In this document: piece after piece, positions 26,527 to 33,100 of the stretch
Layout of the letters: each line of letters starts with the position of its first letter
How positions within the stretch are numbered: position 1 is the first letter of the stretch
Assembly: GCA_964506645.1 (NCBI GenBank)
Contig: CAZDML010000004.1
Coordinates: forward strand, 1-43,981
Reading direction: 5' to 3'
DNA length: 43,981 bases
Source: an uncultured Elusimicrobia bacterium
GTDB taxonomy: Bacteria > Elusimicrobiota > Elusimicrobia > 2-01-FULL-59-12
Program-made: the position numbers and the translations under genes
The notes under the pieces: model-generated
The model's database searches: none
What the model saw: only the letters and a program-made list of their open reading frames with translations
Told to the model about the DNA's origin: nothing

Positions 26527-26612
26527 TTGTGCTGAGACAAAAAGAGGAAATGGAGACTTCCCTTCGATCGCTCGCGTGGATTTTTAATCAGTGCGGCGGA
26601 CTGGATGGCCCC

Positions 26613-26783
26613 GCAACTCGAGGAAGAGAAGCGCCTGCAGATTTAGCCTGGTCTAGACGAGAGAGCAGCCAGCTTGGCTCAGTCGCTGAACAGCGACTTA
26701 ATCGAATGTTCCTCAAGTTTGCTGGCTGGCGGCCAGACCGGGCGTCAAAAATCTGCACAAGCGCTGATTTTTCCTCGCTGTGC
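26613..26783 (+). ncRNA. Candidate structured ncRNA: ~165-nt imperfect rod with central bubble (6S RNA-like)
   Basis: Nested pairings CGAGGAA/TTCCTCG, AGCGC/GCGCT, TGCAGATTT/AAATCTGCA, GCCTGGTCT/AGACCGGGC; bubble 26655-26665 opposite 26729-26734; CAGCCAGC/GCTGGCTG; terminal AGTCGCT-GAAC-AGCGACT. G-U wobbles favour the + strand. Confidence 0.55.
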
Positions 26784-26805
26784 TCTTCCCAGAAGAAAAA
26801 AACGC

Positions 26806-28233
26806 ATGAATCGTAAACACCTGTGGCTTATTTTGGGATTTAGTTTCCTGGTACATCTGCCGGGACTGACGTCACCCCTTCTGGATTATCACGCGCATCG
26901 CCAGACCCAGACGATGTCCATGGCGCGCAATTTCGCTCGGCATGGCATGCACTTCCTCTCACCGGAAGTGGATAATTTTGGCTGGCCCACTCGTACCGGC
27001 ACCGAATTCCCTATTTACAGCTATTTGGTAGCGTTCCTCTTCAAATTGTTTGGCGAGCGTGACCTGTGGGGTCGCCTGCTGAGCTGTGTGTTTGCCGCGG
27101 GTGGGGCGGTGTTTCTATACCGATTTGTTCAGCGACGGCTCGGTGAGCGTTCGGCGCTGTGGGCGGCGCTCTCGATGTGTGTGGTCCCGGTCCATCTTTA
27201 TTTTACGCGGGCGGTGATGCCAGAACCGATGGCGCTCTGGGGGGTTCTGGGTTTTCTGGATTACTTTGATAAAGCCCAGCGAGAGACGGGGAGCCAGTCA
27301 TGGGGGTATTACGTTGCTGCAACCGTGCTGGGGGCCTTCGGTCCGATGTTAAAACTTCCATACCTTTATGCGCTTGCTCCGTTGTATTTCCTTCTTATTC
27401 TTGAAAAATATCCATTGCGCATTGCCCAGTGCGCATGGCGTCTGCTTCCGTTAGGCGTGATTCTTCTTGCCACAGGACTTTGGTACCGATATGCGCGCAC
27501 GGCACCGGCCGTTGTGTTGCCGCTGGACAAAGATTATTTTTGGAATAACCTGCAGGCGTCGCGGACGGCGCACCTCTGGGAAGCGCAGCTCGTTTCCCGG
27601 TTGCCAGAAATTTGTTTTACCTACGCGGGTCTTGTCTTTGCAGTGATAGGCGGAACGTACTTCTGGAAAAACCGCGAGCACCGCTGGTTTCTCGCCTGGC
27701 TGTTGGTGGGGGTGTTTTATACGGGAATGATTGGGGACTATGGTCTGATTCATCGCTATACGCTACTGCCCTGGGCACCGATCGCGGCGGTTTATATCGG
27801 AATGGGCATCGCGTGCATGCAGGACTGGGCGGGGGATATTTCGAAGCGCCGTGCGTTGTGGTTGGTTCTTGTCTTGGCGATTCCCATCCACGCAGGGTTT
27901 CGCATTAAACATTGGTACCGTGTCGAACGGCAGTGGCTCTTCCGCGCTCGCGACGTGGTCGCTCGCGTCAGCACACCGAAAGATCTCTGGATTACCAATA
28001 CGGCCGAAGATCCCGTGCTGTTGTACTACATCGACCGCTACGGTTTTTCTGTCGACTGTGGGGACAAGGGGCTCACCCGCATGGCGGGTTTTAAAATTCG
28101 CGGCGCAAAGTTCTTTTTAACCCCGACGGAAGGCAACTGGAGCAAACATCCGGAATTCGCTGCCTATTTCAATAAAACGGCGAAACTTTTGCACACCGAC
28201 CCCGAGTTCGTTATCTATCAAATTCAGAAGTAA
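26806..28233 (+). CDS. GT-C fold membrane glycosyltransferase (ArnT/GT39 family)
   Basis: HAHRQTQT, TEFPIYSY, GRLLS, SRA-like FTRAVMPEP, LKLP, HRYTLLP motifs; multi-TM. Likely start MNRKHLW at 26806 rather than 26674. Confidence 0.85.
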   Translation: MNRKHLWLILGFSFLVHLPGLTSPLLDYHAHRQTQTMSMARNFARHGMHFLSPEVDNFGWPTRTGTEFPIYSYLVAFLFKLFGERDLWGRLLSCVFAAGGAVFLYRFVQRRLGERSALWAALSMCVVPVHLYFTRAVMPEPMALWGVLGFLDYFDKAQRETGSQSWGYYVAATVLGAFGPMLKLPYLYALAPLYFLLILEKYPLRIAQCAWRLLPLGVILLATGLWYRYARTAPAVVLPLDKDYFWNNLQASRTAHLWEAQLVSRLPEICFTYAGLVFAVIGGTYFWKNREHRWFLAWLLVGVFYTGMIGDYGLIHRYTLLPWAPIAAVYIGMGIACMQDWAGDISKRRALWLVLVLAIPIHAGFRIKHWYRVERQWLFRARDVVARVSTPKDLWITNTAEDPVLLYYIDRYGFSVDCGDKGLTRMAGFKIRGAKFFLTPTEGNWSKHPEFAAYFNKTAKLLHTDPEFVIYQIQK

Positions 28234-28239
28234 GAGCCT

Positions 28240-28248
28240 TGATATAAT
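28240..28248 (+). promoter_or_regulatory. Extended -10 promoter TGaTATAAT for tRNA-Glu
   Basis: Perfect TGnTATAAT 26 nt upstream of the tRNA. Confidence 0.65.
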
Positions 28249-28274
28249 TAGAAGTCTTTAAAAAAGCGACTTTC

Positions 28275-28346
28275 GTCCTCATCGACTAGCGGTTAGGTCA
28301 GGTCCCTCTCAAGGACCAAGCACGGGTTCGATTCCCGTTGGGGACG
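28275..28346 (+). tRNA. tRNA-Glu (anticodon CTC); CCA not encoded
   Basis: Acceptor GTCCTCA/TGGGGAC, D-arm GAC..GTC, anticodon arm GGTCC-CTCTCAA-GGACC, T-arm ACGGG-TTCGATT-CCCGT. Confidence 0.95.
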
Positions 28347-28356
28347 GAAGTCGCTT

Positions 28357-28875
28357 TTATTTTTTCTGGGGAGCCTCGCTGGCGGTGGGAATGGTGGATT
28401 GGAAGCCGTAGTGCATGAGCAGTGACACGTCTTCTCGGTTAACCAACATGAGCAAAAGATCGCCGCGCGGCGAATTGCAGGCACGGCCCAGCGGTTTGTC
28501 GTGCATGTAGGGGCGGATCCGAAGGTCGTGGATGAAAAATCCTTTTTTGGTGAAAAACGCCTTCATGACGTTCACTTCATCTCGCATCGGATATTTGGTT
28601 CCCTTATTTTTATGCGCCTTCAGCCAGTCTTTTTCCCACGGATTGCTTAAACACTGAACAGGCTGGAGAGCCACCCATGCTTTGTTCGGGTCATCGGTCA
28701 TAAAGGGATTGGACGGTTTAGGTTTTGCTAGCGGGGCAGTGCGACACCCTAAAGTTCCAATCACCAAGCAACACATTCCAAACAAGCTCCAATAACCAAT
28801 GCTCAAAACCACGTTTGATCGTTGGATCTTTTTGTGTTTATTTGGAGCTTGGAATTTGGTTATTGGATTTTGCAT
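28357..28875 (-). CDS. Putative lipoprotein (hypothetical)
   Basis: Hydrophobic stretch ending IGTLGC (lipobox variant), then Pro/Lys linker and a small domain with QPVQCLSNPWE and RACNSPRG. The first ~40 codons come from a repeat element. Confidence 0.65.
   Translation of the reverse strand: MQNPITKFQAPNKHKKIQRSNVVLSIGYWSLFGMCCLVIGTLGCRTAPLAKPKPSNPFMTDDPNKAWVALQPVQCLSNPWEKDWLKAHKNKGTKYPMRDEVNVMKAFFTKKGFFIHDLRIRPYMHDKPLGRACNSPRGDLLLMLVNREDVSLLMHYGFQSTIPTASEAPQKK
28752..28873. repeat. Heptamer-built imperfect inverted-repeat element, copy 2
   Basis: ttccaat-caccaag-caacaca-ttccaaa-(caag)-ctccaat-aaccaat.. / ..(ttta)-tttggag-cttggaa-tttggtt-attggat. Confidence 0.85.
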
Positions 28876-30840
28876 TTAAGAGCCTTTCGCCTTTTTGGCT
28901 TGTTGGCGATATTGACGGGCTTTTTGATCGTTGGGGGTAACGCCGAGCCAGCCGTTTTCGTAGCACCCGGCAAGAAGTTCCAGCGCCTTGGCGTCACCAC
29001 CCGCGGCGGCTTGTTTGATGAGCTGCAGCGCTTTCTTTTCGTCCTTGGCGACGCCTTCCCCTTTCACATACAGCTGGCCTAAATTGAGTTGTGCTGCCGT
29101 CACACCGCCGGCCGCAGCTTTGGCGTACCAGGTCGCGGCCTGCGCAGGGTTGGCCGCCACACCCACGCCGCTTTCATACATCACACCCAAACGGTACTGT
29201 GCATCGGCATGTCCTTGTTCTGCGGCCTTCTGATACCACACGGCCGTTTGTGCGGGATCTTTGGGAACACCCTGGCCCAGGTAATACATGGCCCCGATGC
29301 GAACTTGCGATTCGACATGGCCCTGCTCCGCGGCTTTCTGGTACCCCTGTGCAGACTTCGCTAAATTTTTGGAAACACCCAGACCCGCTTCATACATGAA
29401 GCCGAGCTGCGCAAAGGCATCGACACTGCCTTGGTCTGCGGCTTTTTGCAACCAAAGATAGGCTTCGGCTGGATCTTTGGGGATTCCCTGGCCGTTGAGC
29501 AGCATGACGCCCAGATACACCTGCGCGTCGACTTGGCCGTTCTGTGCGGCTTTGCGTAAATAAGGAATGGCTTTGCTGGGATCCTTCGATGCCTTAGGAT
29601 CGTTGACCAGGGCGACCCCAACGATGGCTTGTGCTTCGGCGATGCCGTTGTCCGCGGCCTTCTGATACCACGCTTGTGCTTGGGCGGAATCTTTCGGAAC
29701 GCCTTCGCCTTCAGCGTACATCATGGCCAAATTGTATTGCGCTTCAGCGATGCCGCCTTCGGCGGCTTTGCGGTACCATTCAGCGGATTGCGCAGGATCT
29801 TTGGGCACCCCATCGCCCGTGGCGTAGAGCGCGGCCAGATTGTATTGCGCCTCATGAATATTTTTCTCGCCGGCTTTGCGGTACCAGACCGCCGCCTGCG
29901 CGACGTCCTTGGGAATGCCGTCCCCGTTCTGCAGCATGGCGCCGAGACGATAGGCCGCATCGGCATGGCCTTGTTCGGCAGCTTTTCGCAGCCAGTCCGA
30001 GGCCAGCGGCATGTTCTTGCCAACCCCCGTTCCCGAGCCATAAAAAAGTCCGAGATGATACTGGGCATCCGCGTCGCCCTGTTCGGCCGCTTTCTGGTAA
30101 TAGGTGATGGCTTGCGGAATATTGCGTGTAATGCCGTCGCCTTTGGCGAGCATCGTGGCAATAGCGAGCTGGGCTTTGGAATTGCCTTGCTCGGCTGCTT
30201 TGACATACCACGCAATCGCTTGCTGGAGATCTTGGGTCTGGCCTTCGCCGGTGTGAAACTGGCGTGCGTAATCGTACTGAGCACTTACTTCCCCGGCTTC
30301 GGCGGCTTTCTGCGTCCATTCTTTATGGCCGAGCCGGTAATGCGCTCGGGCATCGCCTTTCTCTGCCGCTTTCTGAAACCACATAGCGGCTTGAGCTGGG
30401 TCTTTCGTAAGGCCGACCCCATCCGCATAAATCGTGCCTACCTTATATTGGGCCTGGACTTCCCCTTGGGTGGCTGCCTTTTGATACCAATACAAAGCTT
30501 GTGCCGGGTCCTTGGGAACCCCCAACCCTTCACTGTACATCTGAGCCAGATAGAGCTGAGCAACCCCGTAATCCTTGTCTGCTGCCTTGCGGTACCACTC
30601 GGCGGCCTTTTCGGTGTCTTTTTTAACTCCTTGGCCGTTGGCGTAGATCTTCCCGATCGTAAACATGGCAAAGGAATTGCCCTGATCCGCCATGGGCGAC
30701 AGCAATTTCAGCGCGGTTTTATAATCCCCTTCGGTATAGGCCGTGAGTGCATCGGTGTTGGGCATGGCCCGGCTCCAAAGGGAGGCGGGACCCCCCAGAG
30801 TAAGGCTAAAAATAGCAACGAATAGGGTCTTTTGCTTCAT
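28876..30840 (-). CDS. Secreted Sel1-like (SLR) repeat protein, 16 full plus 1 truncated 36-aa repeats
   Basis: AQYxLGxMYxxGxGVxKDxxxAxxWYxKAAxxG repeats; signal peptide from MKQKTLFVAIF (30840). The longer called start runs through the riboswitch. Confidence 0.92.
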   Translation of the reverse strand: MKQKTLFVAIFSLTLGGPASLWSRAMPNTDALTAYTEGDYKTALKLLSPMADQGNSFAMFTIGKIYANGQGVKKDTEKAAEWYRKAADKDYGVAQLYLAQMYSEGLGVPKDPAQALYWYQKAATQGEVQAQYKVGTIYADGVGLTKDPAQAAMWFQKAAEKGDARAHYRLGHKEWTQKAAEAGEVSAQYDYARQFHTGEGQTQDLQQAIAWYVKAAEQGNSKAQLAIATMLAKGDGITRNIPQAITYYQKAAEQGDADAQYHLGLFYGSGTGVGKNMPLASDWLRKAAEQGHADAAYRLGAMLQNGDGIPKDVAQAAVWYRKAGEKNIHEAQYNLAALYATGDGVPKDPAQSAEWYRKAAEGGIAEAQYNLAMMYAEGEGVPKDSAQAQAWYQKAADNGIAEAQAIVGVALVNDPKASKDPSKAIPYLRKAAQNGQVDAQVYLGVMLLNGQGIPKDPAEAYLWLQKAADQGSVDAFAQLGFMYEAGLGVSKNLAKSAQGYQKAAEQGHVESQVRIGAMYYLGQGVPKDPAQTAVWYQKAAEQGHADAQYRLGVMYESGVGVAANPAQAATWYAKAAAGGVTAAQLNLGQLYVKGEGVAKDEKKALQLIKQAAAGGDAKALELLAGCYENGWLGVTPNDQKARQYRQQAKKAKGS

Positions 30841-30847
30841 ATGGGCA

Positions 30848-30900
30848 AGTCTAACAGGTGGACTTTGCTGTTGCAATACCGAATCTGGCTGGGGTATAAT
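30848..30900. promoter_or_regulatory. Divergent sigma70 promoters sharing one palindromic -35 (TTGCAA, 30871-30876)
   Basis: + strand TTGCAA-N18-TATAAT (30895-30900); - strand TTGCAA-N17-TAGACT (30853-30848), with TG extension, 7 nt before the Sel1 ATG. Confidence 0.6.
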
Positions 30901-30937
30901 TTGTCCACAGTTGTTCGTTCTTTTCGACAATAAGTTG

Positions 30938-31110
30938 CTCTTATCCAGAGTGGGGGTCCCGCAAACCTGTGTTTCAGGGGAGGCGGGACCAGCGTTCAGT
31001 GACACATCGAACGCTGGAGGGACGGGCCCGAGGATCCCACGGCAACCTTTAAAAAGGTGCCAACGCCTGGACACTTTAACCGCTGTGGTGGTTACTGATG
31101 CCGATAAGAG
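30938..31110 (+). ncRNA. SAM-I (S-box) riboswitch aptamer with ~60-nt insertion in P2
   Basis: P1 CTCTTATC/GATAAGAG; ATCCAGAG; GGAGGGACGGGCCCGAGGAT; CGGCAACC..GGTGCCAAC core; upstream of a thrC-like operon. Confidence 0.88.
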
Positions 31111-31119
31111 GAGGAATGT

Positions 31120-31158
31120 AACCCCAAGGGGCTATTCTCCGTGGGGTTTTTTATTTTT
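31120..31158 (+). terminator. Riboswitch expression-platform intrinsic terminator
   Basis: AACCCCA..TGGGGTT stem with inner GGGG/CTCC, then TTTTTTATTTTT ending at the thrC ATG. Confidence 0.75.
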
Positions 31159-32406
31159 ATGAGCGATCCAAAAATCAAAGCACTGCAGTGTAAAGAATGC
31201 GAACACCAGTACCCCGCCAAGGCGATTCACGTCTGTGAATTCTGCTTCGGTCCGCTGGAAGTCGTTTATAACTACGACAGCATCAAGAAGCGGGTGAGCC
31301 GTCAGAGTATCGAAGCCGGTCCCCGTACCCTCTGGCGCTATTGGGATCTTCTCCCGGTCGAATCCCGCGACGTGATCACGTTGCAGGAAGGCTTTACCCC
31401 GTTCTGGCATGCCAAAAACCTGGGGGAAGAGCTGGGCTTAAAGAAGCTCTACATCAAAAACGATTCTGTTAACCCGACCTTTTCTTTTAAAGACCGTGTC
31501 GTTGCCACCGCACTGAACCGCACCCGGGAGCTCGGGTTCGACACTATCGCTTGCGCGTCGACCGGAAACCTGGCCTGCGCCGTCGCCGCCTTCGGCTCGG
31601 TCGCCAAGCTGAAGACCTTTGTTTTTATCCCGGCCGACCTTGAACAGGGCAAGATCGTAGGCGCTGGAATTTGCCAGCCGACCATCGTCGGCGTGAAAGG
31701 CAACTACGACCAGGTGAACCGCCTCTGCGCGGAAGTCGCCGATGCCTTCAAGTGGGCGTTTGTGAACGTGAACATCCGACCCTACTATGCGGAAGGATCA
31801 AAGACCCTCGGTTTTGAAGTGGCCGAACAGCTCGGCTGGAAAGCGCCGGATCACTGTGTGGTGCCCATCGCCTCGGGGTCGCTGCTCACAAAGATTTATA
31901 AGGGTCTCCATGAGTTTATGGACCTGGGTCTCATCGAAAACCACAACGTTCGCATGACAGGCGCTCAGGCGGAAGGCTGCAGCCCGGTTGTCACGGCCTG
32001 GAAAGCCAAGTCCGATATCATTAAACCGATTCATCCCAATACGATCGCTAAGTCGCTAGCGATCGGGAATCCGGCCGATGGATTCTATGCCAAAAAGATC
32101 ATTGATAAGACGGGCGGGCTTGCTGAAAGTGTGACCGACCCCGAGATCGTAGAAGGCATTTCACTGCTCGCACGTACCGAAGGCATCTTCACAGAGACCG
32201 CCGGAGGGGTGACGATCGGTTCGTTGAAAAAGCTGGCCCAGTCTGGTAAGATTCAACCGAATGAGACGGTGGTTGCGTTTATCACCGGGAATGGCTACAA
32301 GACGCAAGAGGCAGTTCTGGGCGTGGCCGCAAAGCCCGTTGTCATCGACCCGTCCATCGCGCAATTTCGAGACATTTACGATCAACTTTCCGCCGTTCGA
32401 GCCTAA
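31159..32406 (+). CDS. thrC: Threonine synthase-family PLP enzyme (fold type II)
   Basis: Zn-ribbon CKEC..CEFC, LQEGFTP, NPTFSFKDR (PLP Lys), CASTGN, EGSKT, VVPIASGS, ETAGG, ITGNGYK. True reaction uncertain (see findings). Confidence 0.85.
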   Translation: MSDPKIKALQCKECEHQYPAKAIHVCEFCFGPLEVVYNYDSIKKRVSRQSIEAGPRTLWRYWDLLPVESRDVITLQEGFTPFWHAKNLGEELGLKKLYIKNDSVNPTFSFKDRVVATALNRTRELGFDTIACASTGNLACAVAAFGSVAKLKTFVFIPADLEQGKIVGAGICQPTIVGVKGNYDQVNRLCAEVADAFKWAFVNVNIRPYYAEGSKTLGFEVAEQLGWKAPDHCVVPIASGSLLTKIYKGLHEFMDLGLIENHNVRMTGAQAEGCSPVVTAWKAKSDIIKPIHPNTIAKSLAIGNPADGFYAKKIIDKTGGLAESVTDPEIVEGISLLARTEGIFTETAGGVTIGSLKKLAQSGKIQPNETVVAFITGNGYKTQEAVLGVAAKPVVIDPSIAQFRDIYDQLSAVRA

Positions 32407-32430
32407 CGCCACACACTTTTCGGAGGATTT

Positions 32431-32712
32431 ATGGCAGCTAAAGTTCGTATTCCAGCCCCTTTAAGAAAGCTCACCAAAGAGCAGGCCGTCGTTGATTGTA
32501 CCGGCAAGAATGTCGAAGAAATCTTGGCCAATTTGGAAAAACAATATCCGGGCATCAAAGAACGTATCTGCGATGAAAACGGTCAGATTCGCCGCTTCAT
32601 TAATGTGTTCATTAATGGGGAAGATATTCGCTTTAAAGACGGCGCTAAAACGGCTGTTGCCGAAGGCGCAGAAATTTCAATCATTCCTGCAATCGCAGGC
32701 GGCATTCGGTAG
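32431..32712 (+). CDS. Ubiquitin-like sulfur carrier, MoaD/ThiS/CysO family
   Basis: VRIPAPLRKLT..RRFINVFINGEDIRF..ISIIPAIAGG-IR; GGAGG RBS. Confidence 0.9.
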   Translation: MAAKVRIPAPLRKLTKEQAVVDCTGKNVEEILANLEKQYPGIKERICDENGQIRRFINVFINGEDIRFKDGAKTAVAEGAEISIIPAIAGGIR

Positions 32713-32720
32713 GAGTTATT

Positions 32721-32966
32721 GTGGTTAAGAAACAACTTGAACTGATTTATCCGACCAACCTCATCAAAGAACCTCTGATATATCAGATGGCCAAGAAAAT
32801 CCCGGTGGTGTTTAATATCCGCCGCGCGAAAGTAACGCCGACCATCGGCGAAATCGTTCTTGAGCTCGAAGCCGAAAACGATAAAGTGCTCACCGATGCC
32901 ATTGAATTTCTCTCCCGCAAAGGCGTCGAAATCCAGCCGGTCACCGGCTCCTCCGTAGAGTCTTAA
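32721..32966 (+). CDS. Stand-alone NIL domain protein
   Basis: LIYPTNLIKEPLIYQMAKKIPVVFNIRRAKVTPTIGEIVLEL..AIEFLSRKGVEI; GGAG RBS, GTG start. Confidence 0.85.
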   Translation: MVKKQLELIYPTNLIKEPLIYQMAKKIPVVFNIRRAKVTPTIGEIVLELEAENDKVLTDAIEFLSRKGVEIQPVTGSSVES

Positions 32967-33081
32967 GTTCCAATAACCAAGCACCAAGTTCCAAATAAAC
33001 TCGAAACACCAAACTACAAACAGTTTGGGCGGTTACTTTTTATGTGCTTGGTTATTATTTGGATCTTGGAATTTGGAGCTT
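32967..33081. repeat. Heptamer-built imperfect inverted-repeat element, copy 3 (between convergent genes)
   Basis: ttccaat-aaccaag-caccaag-ttccaaa-(taaa)-ctcgaaa-caccaaa-ctacaaa / cttggtt-(atta)-tttggat-cttggaa-tttggag. Confidence 0.85.
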
Positions 33082-33100
33082 AGCGATTGAGTTGGATGTG

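Noticed and set aside
26613-26783. SRP RNA, tmRNA or RNase P as identity of the RNA rod
   Set aside because: No SRP domain IV CAGG-GNRA-AGCAG helix, no tRNA-like ends, no GAGGAAAGUCC P4 motif.
26523-26816. 97-aa ORF bridging the two GT-C genes, and the 44-codon N-extension of the 26674 ORF
   Set aside because: Translation has no protein-like character, and the interval is better explained by the base-paired RNA rod. Not fully excluded, since its ATG overlaps the upstream stop.
28275-28346. tRNA-Glu as an integration site for a genomic island
   Set aside because: No integrase in the window, and I saw no duplicated tRNA 3' end.
29629-30825. 398-aa + strand ORF and other long ORFs overlapping the Sel1 gene
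   Set aside because: Antisense or alternative-frame shadows of a repetitive GC-rich coding region; no motifs or RBS.
30841-31074. 78-codon N-terminal extension of the Sel1 ORF in the ORF track
   Set aside because: Runs antisense through the SAM-I aptamer and promoters; a good signal peptide and -10 box support ATG 30840.
31107-31121. GAGGAGGA-ATG-TAA minimal start-stop uORF after the riboswitch
   Set aside because: SD-to-ATG spacing is too short; the purine run is explained as the 3' strand of P1 and the anti-terminator region.
10148-33081. CRISPR array interpretation of heptamer elements or of the 108-nt Sel1 periodicity
   Set aside because: No identical 23-47-nt repeats with unique spacers and no cas genes; Sel1 periodicity is protein-coding.
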